This document shows positions 1 through 9,794 of a stretch of DNA of 50,631 bases, in pieces. How positions within the stretch are numbered: position 1 is the first letter of the stretch; each line of letters starts with the position of its first letter. This DNA comes from a virus (taxonomy: Duplodnaviria; Heunggongvirae; Uroviricota; Caudoviricetes). The notes under the pieces are model-generated. The model was not told the origin of the DNA. It saw nothing but the letters and a program-made list of their open reading frames with translations, and did not search any database. The position numbers were made by a program, and so were the translations under genes. Location of the stretch: IMG/VR virus record IMGVR_UViG_643348551_000005. The stretch is one strand, 5' to 3'.

Positions 1-1236
1 CTACGATAACCGCGCATTCAACATGGCTATCTGTTCGTCGTTCATGTCATCAATCCACATACCGTAAATTTCATACACCATCTGCGCAGTTTCATGCCCC
101 ATTTGGCTGGCTATAAATGCCGGGTTCGCTCCTGCCGTCAACAGCCAGCAGGCAAAAGTATGCCGCGTATGGTACGGATTACGGCGGCGAATACCAGCAC
201 GTTTTACTGCTGCATTCCACCTTGCCCCCAAACTGCTTACCGAGTAATAAGGTTTTTGTTTTCCGTTACACACCCTGGGCATGAAAACAAAATGCAGTTT
301 TTGCTTTTCGGTTCTGCCGTACTCCCGATGATAAAAGGTGATTTCGCTTTTGCGATGATGCCCGGTCAGTTTGTATTGCTCCTTCAGTGCTTCAAGAGCA
401 GGCTGCAGTAGTGTTACTGTTCGGATCCCGGCATTTGTTTTTGGGGGACCGAACATATCAAGTATCGTCAGGTTTCTTCTGACATTCACTATTCCCTTTT
501 CGAGATCCACATCCTCCCACGCCAGAGCTGCCAGTTCCCCGTGACGAAGTCCTGAGTAAACGGCAAATTTCCACAAGTTCTGGCTCTGTCCTTTTTCACT
601 TTCCATTAATGCATTGAATTCTGTTTTAGATAACGGATCAGGCTTTATTCTGTTTCGCTGTAATTTTTTTACTCCTTCAAATGGTTTGGTTGATATAAAT
701 CCCGACTGATACGCAAAACGCAACAGCGAACAGAGCAGGGCGATATAGTTATCAACTGTGCGCACGGTTCTTCCTTTTTTGTTGGATCTTGGATTATCCA
801 GGTAAAGCGTTTCTCCATGCAGCAGTTCATTCCGGTAGTTTAAGATATCGCTATAACGAATATGTGATATCGGGGTACTTTCACAAATTATTATTCTGAG
901 TGTTTTTAATTGTGATTTCGTTTTCTTCATTGTGTTTGTTGTTAACTCTGTCTCTTTAATTTTTGTCCAGATATCACAAAGCTCTCCGAACGTTTTTATG
1001 ACTCTCGTTGTCACCATTTTTGCCCCAGTGCTGGACTGGGGAAAACGTCTTAAATACTCAAATTCACCGGAGTTTATTTCATGAACTATCAGCGCTCTTA
1101 AATTTCCGGCCTTTTTAATATTACTGTTTGTAATCTCCCAGCCTTTTAATGTTTCCCGACATCGTTTTCCTCGAAACATGAACCAGATGCGAATGTATCT
1201 ACCTCTAATCTCGACACCTGTTGGTAATTTAGACAT
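1..1236 (-). CDS. intR: Tyrosine-recombinase integrase, Rac IntR-like (411 aa)
   Basis: 411-aa ORF with a C-terminal tyrosine-recombinase catalytic region (HTRHTFA...GHE...Y). Sits at the prophage end next to an excisionase-like gene. Recognised from memory as near-identical to Rac IntR. The stop codon lies at window positions 1-3, so the att site is outside the window. Confidence 0.93.
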   Translation of the reverse strand: MSKLPTGVEIRGRYIRIWFMFRGKRCRETLKGWEITNSNIKKAGNLRALIVHEINSGEFEYLRRFPQSSTGAKMVTTRVIKTFGELCDIWTKIKETELTTNTMKKTKSQLKTLRIIICESTPISHIRYSDILNYRNELLHGETLYLDNPRSNKKGRTVRTVDNYIALLCSLLRFAYQSGFISTKPFEGVKKLQRNRIKPDPLSKTEFNALMESEKGQSQNLWKFAVYSGLRHGELAALAWEDVDLEKGIVNVRRNLTILDMFGPPKTNAGIRTVTLLQPALEALKEQYKLTGHHRKSEITFYHREYGRTEKQKLHFVFMPRVCNGKQKPYYSVSSLGARWNAAVKRAGIRRRNPYHTRHTFACWLLTAGANPAFIASQMGHETAQMVYEIYGMWIDDMNDEQIAMLNARLS

Positions 1237-1237
1237 A

Positions 1238-1477
1238 TCATGAGTCTTTGATAAACTGATTTATCTTTGGATAGTTGTACCAGATAATCCCTCGTTTGCT
1301 GTCTGGCTTACCTAAAGGAGATACTCGTTTGAAGTGGAAGCCCTCCACCCAACAGTTCTGGCGGTATGCTTCAATTTGTCTGGCCCCCAGACCAGTGCGA
1401 AGCATCAGGCCGTATTCAACCATCCACTCTTCATTAAAGATTACTTGTGCCATCGCATCACCTCTGGCAGGCGCCAA
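1238..1477 (-). CDS. xisR: Excisionase-like small DNA-binding protein (YdaQ/XisR-like)
   Basis: 79-aa ORF immediately upstream of and co-oriented with int. Small basic protein with the position and size typical of lambdoid Xis. Exact start uncertain. Confidence 0.7.
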   Translation of the reverse strand: MAPARGDAMAQVIFNEEWMVEYGLMLRTGLGARQIEAYRQNCWVEGFHFKRVSPLGKPDSKRGIIWYNYPKINQFIKDS

Positions 1478-1531
1478 TGTTAGACTGAAATTGACGCCCG
1501 ATGTTGATTATTAATAATCAGCTATGAAGTT

Positions 1532-1741
1532 TTAATTTGAATACAATGCAATTCTCGAGGACTGAAGTTTCTCGCAATTAAAATTTATCAGTTTTACTTT
1601 CTGCTCTCTGGAAACGCCTGCTTCTTTTTTACCTGAGAGCATTTTTTCGCATTCTGATTTCGTTAGTTTAGATTTTGAATATCTTGTCCAGTTAGTAGGA
1701 GTGCCACCTTCCTTTTCAATAGTGGCGGTAATTTTATACAT
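1532..1741 (-). CDS. ydaC: Small Rac early-left-operon protein, YdaC-like (69 aa)
   Basis: The internal ATG at 1741 is preceded by a strong SD (GGAGGTG, 5 nt spacer) on the minus strand, giving a 69-aa product, the size I recall for Rac YdaC. The longer 93-aa ORF in the track would overlap ralR by 80 nt. Confidence 0.6.
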   Translation of the reverse strand: MYKITATIEKEGGTPTNWTRYSKSKLTKSECEKMLSGKKEAGVSREQKVKLINFNCEKLQSSRIALYSN

Positions 1742-1928
1742 GAACACCTCCATTATTATTTCCAGTGGTTCGTTTATTCCATCTTTCGAGTGCTTCTTTT
1801 TCACTTCCACCATAACCGGTTCGGGATTCGCATCCGTTACACTTCGCTCGGTAATATCCTGAAATGGCTTTCACCGTTACTGATGGACAACCACAAAATG
1901 GACATGGTTTAACATTGTCATATCTCAT
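1734..1928 (-). CDS. ralR: Lar-family restriction alleviation protein (RalR)
   Basis: 64-aa product MRYDNVKPCPFCGCP...CNGCESRTG with the four-Cys zinc-ribbon signature of the Lar/RalR family. Lies immediately downstream of recT as in Rac. Confidence 0.85.
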   Translation of the reverse strand: MRYDNVKPCPFCGCPSVTVKAISGYYRAKCNGCESRTGYGGSEKEALERWNKRTTGNNNGGVHV

Positions 1929-1984
1929 AATTTTTCTCATAAAAAATATTTCAAGTTGGCGGTGCATTACACCGCCAGGCTGAA

Positions 1985-2794
1985 TTATTCCTCTGAATTA
2001 TCGATTACACTGTATTCCCCGGTTAATACAGAGGAATCTGCAGGATCGATTGTCAGTGGTTCCTTTTCATCCATTGATACTGCACGCTGGATCTCAATTG
2101 ATACGGGCAAATATTTGAACAGGCGACGAATAGCCGTTTTCTTTGCCATTTCTTCCCAGTGAGTTACCCACGGCCCGTTATTACCAGCTTTACTCAGGCT
2201 GCGCACCAGCTCAATCTGTTTGCGCGTCATAACTTCAAACTGAGTACCTCCGTCTTTCAGTCTTGCGACAGCATAGACGTGGGTAACCGGGGCATCTTCG
2301 TTTTCTCCCGGGCGGTGTATTAACTTTTCATCAAGGCCAAATTCGAAGCTAAACTCGTCACCTTCACGGACAACACGGGCTGACAGGCTGGCGATTTGAC
2401 CAGAACGGCGAGCCAGATCAATCATGCCGCGATAGCCAATGATTAGCTGAACGTTCTTTTTACCGCTCTTTTCGTTTTTATTACCAAAAGGCAGTAAATA
2501 TGCATGACCGAGGGCGCTACCTGGCTCAAGTCCGAGCTGTGAACACTGTACGATCGCACTGACAAAACTCATAGTGTCACAGTTTCCTAACGCCGGAACT
2601 TTACGAATTTCTGTGGTGGCGATACGGATCATACGTTCAGCCGTCATATGGCGTGGAAGAGCTGCTGCCAGTTGCTCTTTCATTGATGGCTGGTTAATAA
2701 AACTAATCACGTCGCTATTTTTAACTGCTGCTGGTGCACGATTTCCCTGAGTTTTTTGCAGATCGGCTTTTGCGATTGGTGGTTGCTTAGTCAT
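1985..2794 (-). CDS. recT: RecT single-strand annealing recombinase
   Basis: 269-aa product starting [16 protein letters not shown]..., recognised as essentially identical to E. coli RecT. Start chosen at the ATG matching that N-terminus; it overlaps the recE stop. Confidence 0.95.
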   Translation of the reverse strand: MTKQPPIAKADLQKTQGNRAPAAVKNSDVISFINQPSMKEQLAAALPRHMTAERMIRIATTEIRKVPALGNCDTMSFVSAIVQCSQLGLEPGSALGHAYLLPFGNKNEKSGKKNVQLIIGYRGMIDLARRSGQIASLSARVVREGDEFSFEFGLDEKLIHRPGENEDAPVTHVYAVARLKDGGTQFEVMTRKQIELVRSLSKAGNNGPWVTHWEEMAKKTAIRRLFKYLPVSIEIQRAVSMDEKEPLTIDPADSSVLTGEYSVIDNSEE

Positions 2795-5387
2795 TTGCAT
2801 ATTCCTTAGCCCAGCGGGGCAGTGATAATGTCTTAATAGCTGGCCATTCATCGGTATTCAGGCAGTCAGACAGGGTTCGCAGATTGCGGTGATATTCCTG
2901 TTGACCTGCCAGTTTTGCTTCTTCGCCCATCATGAAAATTTCAACCGGATAACGTCCGCATTCAATAGTTGTGCTGGCAACCAGAAAAACGAAAGTTGGC
3001 TGCACTCCAAACTGTGCTTCATAACCGTCACTGTAGAATGCATCCTGAACGTGATAGCGGTAGTCGTAATAAGCGGTTTTGAATCGTTGAATATCCGCCG
3101 TAGTTTTCACGTCCATGATCCAGTGAAATTCAGGGATAATTTTGTCCGGACGGCACCGACACAAAATTCCTGTTTCAGGATCTTCCCAGTAAATTGATGA
3201 TTCAGCGTGTCCGGCGCTTTCAACAAGCCATTGCCCCAGCGGCAAAGCCATAACGCTTTGATACATGAGTTCAATTTTCCGGCCTTCTTCCGCAGTGATA
3301 ACCGTTTTTCCTGTGCTTGCGCATTCCATCAGAAACGCTTTCTCTTCTTCTTTTCCGGCGTTTGTACGGCGGTTAAATTCAGGTGCTACGATAAAGCGGT
3401 TACTGAATTCTTCCGGTTCAAGTACCCGGCAGTGGAAAGCAGTTCCTAAATCGAGCGTTTTTGTCTTTGTGGTGTCCACGGGGGCATTTTTACGCCACAA
3501 ATATAGTGCCGGAGTATCAGCAATGTCATCGAGCTGAGACTTACTGATACCGGGACCCGCGTGGTAATTCTCATTCGAAATTCCGTAATAAATACCTGGC
3601 TCTATGTCTTCTACGATTACGGGATCTGCGACTTCGCCAGTTTCATCACTGCAATCGCGATGCGGATCGCTGCCAGCATTCTCATTGTGCGGATGTTCAG
3701 CGCCTTCCATTTCCTCCGGATCATTTTCCTTAGCTTCAACCTGACTCTCTTCATCGAATGTTTCCTGGTATGTTGCGTCGCCCATCACCGCACCACAGTC
3801 AGGGCAGTTATCCCCGCCAGTCTGGCCGCAGGCATTGCAGGCTATTTCCGGTTCCTGTTGCACTACTGGCTCAGGTTGATTCATATCCGGGCTGGTTTTT
3901 TCCGTTTCTGGCTGGTTCTGGTACACACAATCGCGAGTCTGGATCCCCTTTACCCATTTCGGATCGTTCGGGTCGCTAATTCCGTCAACAAATTCATCAC
4001 GTGATGCAGCAAGCAATTTATCGGCATCGACAGGATTTTTTGATGGAATGTTTTTCCGGGCTTTATGGAGTTCTGCCCGCAGTTCCTGATATTTCGCATC
4101 AACAGAATTTACCTGTGACTGAGCATCCAGCGGCTGCGTGTCCTGATGATGTTCAGTTGCGTCCGGTTCCATTGTTTCAGCCTCTCCCTGTTCAACTGCC
4201 GTTGTTCCAGATGGTTGCGGTTTTTCTTCATCATCCTGTTTTCCTTCTTCTGTTACTCGCTGCGGCATCGGGGCAGAGGAGCGACCGCAGGCAATATCCA
4301 CGATTTCCGGATCAGGGTTGGCATGATCGGTTTCAGTCAGTACTTTGTTCAGATATTCAGTGACGTGCGCGGGGATGACCTCGATCCCAATTGGTGCTTC
4401 TTTTACGGACGCAACCACGATGGCGCGGGAATAATCCAGCCCGCCAGGCATGGTGATGAATTTGTCGCGGAAAACAGAAAAGGGCGGTTTATTTTCAGCG
4501 ATAATTTCCTCAATGCGTTTAGCGTGTGCCGGATGAAGGTTATAGATGTCCAGATCCATTGAACGGGCCAGTACGCCAGTGGCTACGTCGCGCGCCAGTG
4601 ACGTCAGATCGTGTACGAAACCTTCGCCGCGATCGGTGAGGTTTCCGCCGCCAGCATTAGCACCGGAAGCCGTGCGAGTGATGTGTGAAACACGATTACC
4701 CTTCATCCACTCTTTTGTCAGCAGTCCTCGATCGGTGTAGTCAGCGTTCAGGTATGCTTCGAAAAAAGCAGTTATCAGTCCCAGGTTTGAATTACCAGGA
4801 TTAGGGAAAACTTTGTCAGTGTCACGAACCAGTTTGTGGAGTTCGCGAATTTCCAGCGGGTCGAGCAGGCTGGTTTTGTGGGAAACAGCCAGGGCAGTAA
4901 CAGCCGGTAGTTCTTCAGCCCGAGCAATGTGTAATGCCTGGAGTCCGTCGCGTGAAACGTGCGTTACCGGTTTTTCGCTGCCGTGTTGAGCAAGCCAACG
5001 AATGGGCAGTTCCTGGCCAGAAATTGGGAGTAGCATATTCTCCTCAATCTCAGTCATGTCTTCGCCGTTGACGTTGGTATTGCCTTGATAGTGAGCGTTG
5101 TCTGGTGCTGCTCCCGGTTTTAGTTCCCATGTCATGGAGTCTTTGCTGAGTTGATAGCGTTCACTCCAGGTAAAATCGATCTCACCTTCAGCGGGCAGGT
5201 CATTAACGACAGGAAAATTCGTGGCAACAGCTTTAAAATAGCTGCTCAGTTTTTTACCTGACTTAACGATCAGGTAGTCCAGAGTGGCACAGGTCGATTC
5301 AAAATCGTTGCTTGCCCACAGGACGACGTCAGGTTCACCGGATGATTTTTTCGCTTTCCGTAACAGGAAGAGTGGTTTTGTGCTCAT
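2787..5387 (-). CDS. recE: RecE exonuclease VIII (5'-3' dsDNA exonuclease)
   Basis: 866-aa ORF, the length of E. coli RecE, immediately upstream of and overlapping recT. Acidic low-complexity central region with a C-terminal nuclease domain. Confidence 0.93.
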   Translation of the reverse strand: MSTKPLFLLRKAKKSSGEPDVVLWASNDFESTCATLDYLIVKSGKKLSSYFKAVATNFPVVNDLPAEGEIDFTWSERYQLSKDSMTWELKPGAAPDNAHYQGNTNVNGEDMTEIEENMLLPISGQELPIRWLAQHGSEKPVTHVSRDGLQALHIARAEELPAVTALAVSHKTSLLDPLEIRELHKLVRDTDKVFPNPGNSNLGLITAFFEAYLNADYTDRGLLTKEWMKGNRVSHITRTASGANAGGGNLTDRGEGFVHDLTSLARDVATGVLARSMDLDIYNLHPAHAKRIEEIIAENKPPFSVFRDKFITMPGGLDYSRAIVVASVKEAPIGIEVIPAHVTEYLNKVLTETDHANPDPEIVDIACGRSSAPMPQRVTEEGKQDDEEKPQPSGTTAVEQGEAETMEPDATEHHQDTQPLDAQSQVNSVDAKYQELRAELHKARKNIPSKNPVDADKLLAASRDEFVDGISDPNDPKWVKGIQTRDCVYQNQPETEKTSPDMNQPEPVVQQEPEIACNACGQTGGDNCPDCGAVMGDATYQETFDEESQVEAKENDPEEMEGAEHPHNENAGSDPHRDCSDETGEVADPVIVEDIEPGIYYGISNENYHAGPGISKSQLDDIADTPALYLWRKNAPVDTTKTKTLDLGTAFHCRVLEPEEFSNRFIVAPEFNRRTNAGKEEEKAFLMECASTGKTVITAEEGRKIELMYQSVMALPLGQWLVESAGHAESSIYWEDPETGILCRCRPDKIIPEFHWIMDVKTTADIQRFKTAYYDYRYHVQDAFYSDGYEAQFGVQPTFVFLVASTTIECGRYPVEIFMMGEEAKLAGQQEYHRNLRTLSDCLNTDEWPAIKTLSLPRWAKEYAND

Positions 5388-5488
5388 TGTTTTTTAACCT
5401 CAACTCAGATTAAAATTCGTTTTGTTCAGTGAATGATCTTGCCGGATACACACTGTTCATAGCCTGCGCCATACGCAGGCTATTTCTT

Positions 5489-5764
5489 TCAGATTTCACC
5501 TTTTAATTTCATTGCAATTAGAGTTGCCAGAAATTCGGCTTTTTTTTCTGCGGGCAGATTCTTTCCGATATGCACCAGGCACATTTTTTTGACACCTTCA
5601 TCAAGTGTTTTTACGTTGCCTGATGGACCATCGATATCAACCACAGTGAATGGGGCTTCTTTATTTTCTGTTTTAATTACGTAGCCAATGCGCTTTCCTT
5701 CCAGATTCACCTCGTGAACAATGTCATCGGTAGTTACAACAGTGGCTTCATAATTGGTAATCAT
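5489..5764 (-). CDS. racC: RacC-like small protein (91 aa)
   Basis: Internal start MITNYEATVVTTDD... preceded by a strong SD (AAGGAG) on the minus strand. Position upstream of recE as in Rac. Confidence 0.72.
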   Translation of the reverse strand: MITNYEATVVTTDDIVHEVNLEGKRIGYVIKTENKEAPFTVVDIDGPSGNVKTLDEGVKKMCLVHIGKNLPAEKKAEFLATLIAMKLKGEI

Positions 5765-5838
5765 GTTTTTCTCCTTAATTAAGGTTGAGCGAATACCTGC
5801 CATTTCTGGCATAAATTCAGTTTCGAATAGTCAATTAA

Positions 5839-6009
5839 TTAAAGTTCATGTGCCATCTGGTCTTTTTCGGCACAAGCTTCACTGCAATATTTTCTCGGTT
5901 CGTCTTTTGATAAAATCCCGTGCATGAAGTGAAGCATTCTTTCAATAGCTTTGCTTTCTTCAACGTCTTTTTTGCAAAGGTGGTAAGCACATTTTATTTT
6001 CTTAGTCAT
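5839..6009 (-). CDS. ydaE: Small Cys-rich (zinc-binding) protein, YdaE-like (56 aa)
   Basis: Not in the supplied ORF track (below 60 aa). Hand translation of the minus strand gives [56 protein letters not shown], with CxxxxC...CxxxC spacing. Its start overlaps the kilR stop by 1 nt (ATGA). Confidence 0.55.
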   Translation of the reverse strand: MTKKIKCAYHLCKKDVEESKAIERMLHFMHGILSKDEPRKYCSEACAEKDQMAHEL

Positions 6010-6230
6010 CACCATGACTCCGCCTTTACAGGTAAACCATCACGACCGAGGAAGACTTTAATCATGCGGTCAGTAATGCATGTTTTTGTGGTCAGGTTAC
6101 GAATATATAGTTTTCGCTTTTTAATATTGTTTGCCGAGGCAATATATGTCCGGCCTTCATGAAGAACATAATCGCCAGGAGTCACACACTGACGTGGTAT
6201 TTCATCAGTTCCGAAGTGATGTGCAATCAT
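6009..6230 (-). CDS. kilR: KilR, FtsZ-targeting cell-division inhibitor (73 aa)
   Basis: Product [35 protein letters not shown]... matches Rac KilR from memory. SD (GGAG) upstream of the chosen ATG. Confidence 0.82.
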   Translation of the reverse strand: MIAHHFGTDEIPRQCVTPGDYVLHEGRTYIASANNIKKRKLYIRNLTTKTCITDRMIKVFLGRDGLPVKAESW

Positions 6231-6672
6231 AATTATCTCCATTTTTACAAATGAACTTTGTTGATGCGGTGCCTGGTGCCTCCAGGTGACTGCAACCAGT
6301 TAACAATTACAGTCGGCTTTCCCACCCAAACCAATAAGGACTAACATGACTTTTAACCTGTGCCACGTGCGCTTAGCCGCATTCACCGCATCACAAAATT
6401 CACTTTAAAAAGGGCGGACATCAGCCGAACTTCAAGAAAAAAACTGATGCCGCCAGGACTACACACAGCAATGTCGTTATTTACAACCGGAGGCGCACTC
6501 CCACCATTTAAATTTAACAGACAAGACCGACGCTTTATGGATATCGGAAATGCGCCTTCGTGTTGTGCCCGGTTTTATTTCACCACCTCCGGGCTTCGGT
6601 GGTCTCGGCTATACCCCTACAGCGAGAGCTTGTGTTAACATTTCAATACCCTTACAGTTGAGAGTTATTGAT

Positions 6673-7161
6673 ATGTTGGATGTATTTACTCCATTGTTGA
6701 AACTTTTTGCTAACGAGCCACTCGAAAGACTTATGTATACGATTATCATTTTTGGTCTCACTCTCTGGCTGATACCGAAAGAGTTTACTGTCGCATTCAA
6801 TGCTTATACTGAAATACCTTGGCTCTTTCAGATTATCGTTTTTGCCTTTTCTTTCGTGGTCGCCATTTCCTTCTCAAGATTGCGAGCACATATTCAAAAG
6901 CATTATTCATTACTACCAGAGCAACGAGTATTGCTTCGTTTATCTGAGAAAGAAATCGCTGTATTTAAAGATTTCCTTAAAACAGGAAATCTTATTATCA
7001 CTTCTCCTTGCCGTAACCCGGTTATGAAAAAATTAGAACGGAAGGGCATCATTCAACATCAGAGTGATAGCGCAAACTGTTCTTATTATCTCGTCACCGA
7101 AAAATACTCCCATTTTATGAAGTTATTCTGGAACAGCAGGAGTAGACGTTTTAATCGTTAG
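6673..7161 (+). CDS. sieB: Superinfection exclusion protein B (SieB), membrane protein
   Basis: 162-aa product starting MLDVFTPLLKLF... with two hydrophobic helices, matching SieB. The track ORF begins upstream at 6550; the internal ATG was chosen to match the known N-terminus. Confidence 0.82.
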   Translation: MLDVFTPLLKLFANEPLERLMYTIIIFGLTLWLIPKEFTVAFNAYTEIPWLFQIIVFAFSFVVAISFSRLRAHIQKHYSLLPEQRVLLRLSEKEIAVFKDFLKTGNLIITSPCRNPVMKKLERKGIIQHQSDSANCSYYLVTEKYSHFMKLFWNSRSRRFNR

Positions 7162-7313
7162 CTTACTGTGTGCTTCTCCAACCATCGGCGCGCACCAGTT
7201 TCGGTTTTAAATGTTTTGCTTTTGGTATACGTCATGGCAGTGAACGTTCCATCCTGGTTGGGGAACACGCCGCACACCAGGGATTCGTTGTTGCCGAGGT
7301 CGATTTTTTGCAT
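7158..7313 (-). CDS. ydaF: Small protein YdaF-like (51 aa)
   Basis: Hand-translated minus-strand ORF MQKIDLGNNESLVCGVFPNQDGTFTAMTYTKSKTFKTETGARRWLEKHTVS. Position between sieB and ydaG as in Rac. Not in the supplied track (below 60 aa). Confidence 0.5.
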   Translation of the reverse strand: MQKIDLGNNESLVCGVFPNQDGTFTAMTYTKSKTFKTETGARRWLEKHTVS

Positions 7314-7323
7314 TTTGCGAATC

Positions 7324-7458
7324 TCACATCTTGTTGCTACGTATAGCGACTTCTGCCTGCCAGAGATCCCAGTCGTTGCTGCGTAAAGCCTGCACAGCCT
7401 GGTTGTAAGTGATACCGCAACAATCCATCAAATACTGAACTACTTCGTAATGCACCAT
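7324..7458 (-). CDS. ydaG: Small protein YdaG-like (44 aa)
   Basis: Hand-translated minus-strand ORF MVHYEVVQYLMDCCGITYNQAVQALRSNDWDLWQAEVAIRSNKM, matching my recollection of Rac YdaG. Confidence 0.55.
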   Translation of the reverse strand: MVHYEVVQYLMDCCGITYNQAVQALRSNDWDLWQAEVAIRSNKM

Positions 7459-7628
7459 CTTATCTATCCCCTTAACGCCGGGTGGCGGAACTAACTGCTG
7501 CACTGCAAAATTTGAATCCCGCCGTCATGTTCATACGCCTCGGGCTGGCTACTTAACCCCTGACCACTGCCTGGTAACTCGAAGTATTGCCCGGCGTTCT
7601 GTGGGGCGGGGTGGGTTGGCAGGTATAT

Positions 7629-7670
7629 AATGTACTTTGTGTTCATCATTGTAAAGTACTTTAAGTACAT
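7629..7670. promoter_or_regulatory. Putative operator/promoter region upstream of racR with repeated TGTACTT / AAGTAC motifs
   Basis: Seen in sequence: AATGTACTTTG at 7629-7638 and AAGTACTTTAAGTACAT at 7654-7670, including the palindrome AAGTACTT. Related ATGTACT motifs recur in the racR-ydaS intergenic region. Confidence 0.4.
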
Positions 7671-7745
7671 TTTATGTATAAAAAAATGAGACGGGATAAA
7701 GTGAAGCACAAACCCGGAGGGGGACGCTACCGGATTTATGCTGGT

Positions 7746-8165
7746 TTAAGAGGCTTTTTGTTTTTTCTTTCGTGCTAACTCTTCGTAAATTGCATTGTAC
7801 TTCTGTTTTTTCTCCTCAAGAGTTTTTAAAAGTTCATCTGTCTCACTGTCAGGGAGCTCGTCCAGAAGGTCAATGATGATTTTTTGTCTTGGATTTAACT
7901 CCTGATAGAAACGTATCTGTCCACTTTCTTCTGTATCCTCTCCCAAAAGATAGGTTGGTGTTGTTCCAATGAGTGTTGCTAATTCCCTTAATTTCTCTCG
8001 GCGAGGAATTGTTTCACCATTAAACCATTTGCTAACCGCTTTTGGTGTTAATTTCATTCGACGGGCAATTTCTGCCTGCCTTCCATGTTGTTCATAACCA
8101 GCGTTTTCACAGGCTAGCGCAAGCCTACTGGCGAACTCTTTACGCGCTTTATCTTCATGAACCAT
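7746..8165 (-). CDS. racR: Prophage repressor RacR (XRE-family HTH)
   Basis: 139-aa ORF with an N-terminal HTH (GRQAEIARRMKLTPKAVSKWFNGETIP). Divergent from a Cro-like gene, the classic immunity-region layout. Confidence 0.82.
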   Translation of the reverse strand: MVHEDKARKEFASRLALACENAGYEQHGRQAEIARRMKLTPKAVSKWFNGETIPRREKLRELATLIGTTPTYLLGEDTEESGQIRFYQELNPRQKIIIDLLDELPDSETDELLKTLEEKKQKYNAIYEELARKKKQKAS

Positions 8166-8188
8166 AAGTTCAATGATATTCGCTCTTG

Positions 8189-8221
8189 AATGTACTGTCA
8201 GTTCTGTTATAGCATGTACTC
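8189..8221. promoter_or_regulatory. Divergent promoter/operator region between racR and ydaS
   Basis: 79-bp intergenic space between divergent genes, containing AATGTACTG (8189-8197) and CATGTACTC (8213-8221), related to the motifs upstream of racR. Confidence 0.4.
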
Positions 8222-8244
8222 AAAGTTCACATTGTGAGGGTGAT

Positions 8245-8499
8245 ATGAACCAGAAAACACTTGAAGATGTAATCAAAACTGTTCGCGTTTCTGTTGTGGC
8301 CGACGTTTGTGGTGTCAGCCAAAGAGCAATCTACAAATGGATGGATAACGGAAAATTGCCTCGCACAGAATATACCGGCGAAACAAATTACGCTGAAAAA
8401 ATCGCTCATGCATCAAACGGATTATTTTCTGCCGATGCAATTTTAACTATTGGCAGAAATAAAACTACTACGAAAAAGCTGATGGGAGTTGATTCATGA
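8245..8499 (+). CDS. ydaS: YdaS, Cro/CII-like HTH protein (repressed by RacR)
   Basis: Start chosen at the ATG with an SD (GAGGG) upstream. HTH-like segment VADVCGVSQRAIYKWM. Position divergent from racR. Confidence 0.72.
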   Translation: MNQKTLEDVIKTVRVSVVADVCGVSQRAIYKWMDNGKLPRTEYTGETNYAEKIAHASNGLFSADAILTIGRNKTTTKKLMGVDS

Positions 8500-8918
8500 A
8501 AATCAAGCATGAGCACATCGAATCAGTGTTGTTAGCCCTGGCAGCCGAAAAAGGGCAGGCGTGGGTCGCTAACGCAATTACTGAAGAATATCTGCGCCAG
8601 GGGGGCGGCGAATTGCCCCTGGTACCAGGCAAGGACTGGAACAATCAGCAGAATATCTATCATCGTTGGTTGAAAGGTGAAACGAATGCGCAAAGGGAAA
8701 AAATTCAGAAACTGATCCCTGCGGTTCTGGCAATTCTTCCTCGCGAGCTGCGTCACCGACTCTGCATCTTCGATACCCTGGAACGCCGTGCATTACTGGC
8801 GGCGCAGGAAGCGTTAAGTAAGGCAATTGATGCGCATGATGATGCAGTCCAAGCCGTTTACCGGAAAGCGCATTTCAGCGGCGGCGGTTCTTCCGACGAT
8901 TCTGTCATTGTTCATTAA
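8496..8918 (+). CDS. ydaT: YdaT (140 aa), toxic partner of YdaS
   Basis: 140-aa ORF whose start overlaps the ydaS stop. Sequence and length match my recollection of Rac YdaT. Confidence 0.78.
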   Translation: MKIKHEHIESVLLALAAEKGQAWVANAITEEYLRQGGGELPLVPGKDWNNQQNIYHRWLKGETNAQREKIQKLIPAVLAILPRELRHRLCIFDTLERRALLAAQEALSKAIDAHDDAVQAVYRKAHFSGGGSSDDSVIVH

Positions 8919-8930
8919 GCAAAAGTTTCC

Positions 8931-9788
8931 ATGCTGTTTGTGCTTATTCTAAGCCACCGGGCAGCATCATACGGGGCAATTATGGCCGCATTACCATACA
9001 TGCAACTGTACATAGCTGATTACCTGGCTGACACCATGCATTTGTCAGCAGAGGAGCATGGTGCGTATTTGTTGCTGATGTTCAATTACTGGCAAACAGG
9101 AAAGCCAATACCTAAAAACAGGCTGGCAAAAATTGCCCGTCTGACTAACGAGCGATGGGCTGATGTTGAACCATCCTTGCAGGAGTTTTTTTGCGATAAC
9201 GGCGAGGAATGGGTGCATCTTCGGATTGAGGAAGATCTGGCATCAGTCAGGGAAAAATTAACCAAAAAATCAGCCGCAGGAAAAGCATCTGTTCAGGCCA
9301 GAAGAAGCAGAAAGGAAGCAGATGTTCAAACAAAACAAGAGAGAAATTTAACAGGTGTTCAAACAGATGTTGAAGTGGTGTTTGAACATGATGTCAACAC
9401 AAAGGCAACTAATAAAGATACAGATAAAGATCTAAAAACAGATCCCCCCCTAAATCCCCCCCGGGGGAATCGAGGTGTCAAAAAGTTTGACCCTCTGGAT
9501 ATTACTTTGCCGAACTGGATTTCTGTCTCGCTTTGGCGTGAGTGGGTTGAATTTCGCCAGGCATTGCGAAAACCGATTCGAACGGAGCAGGGCGCTAACG
9601 GGGCGATACGGGAGCTGGAAAAATTCCGCCAGCAGGGTTTTTCACCTGAGCAGGTGATTCGACACAGCATCGCCAATGAATACCAGGGCTTGTTCGCGCC
9701 GAAAGGTGTTCGACCTGAGACGTTACTCCGACAGGTTAACACCGTCTCGTTACCGGATAGTGCGATCCCGCCAGGCTTCAGGGGGTAA
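8931..9788 (+). CDS. ydaU: YdaU (285 aa), replication-initiation-associated protein
   Basis: 285-aa ORF, the length of Rac YdaU. Sits immediately upstream of the DnaC-like helicase loader, the position of a phage O-type initiator. Confidence 0.75.
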   Translation: MLFVLILSHRAASYGAIMAALPYMQLYIADYLADTMHLSAEEHGAYLLLMFNYWQTGKPIPKNRLAKIARLTNERWADVEPSLQEFFCDNGEEWVHLRIEEDLASVREKLTKKSAAGKASVQARRSRKEADVQTKQERNLTGVQTDVEVVFEHDVNTKATNKDTDKDLKTDPPLNPPRGNRGVKKFDPLDITLPNWISVSLWREWVEFRQALRKPIRTEQGANGAIRELEKFRQQGFSPEQVIRHSIANEYQGLFAPKGVRPETLLRQVNTVSLPDSAIPPGFRG

Positions 9789-9794
9789 CTGACC

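Noticed and set aside
1929-1967. Longer 77-aa form of ralR starting at 1967
   Set aside because: The known Lar/RalR product starts at MRYDN, and no Shine-Dalgarno sequence supports any of the alternative starts.
2889-4740. Several plus-strand ORFs of 64-147 aa inside recE
   Set aside because: All are antisense to the 866-aa RecE frame with no independent support.
6550-6672. N-terminal extension of sieB in the supplied ORF (start at 6550)
   Set aside because: The extension has no ribosome-binding site and the known SieB N-terminus matches the internal ATG at 6673.
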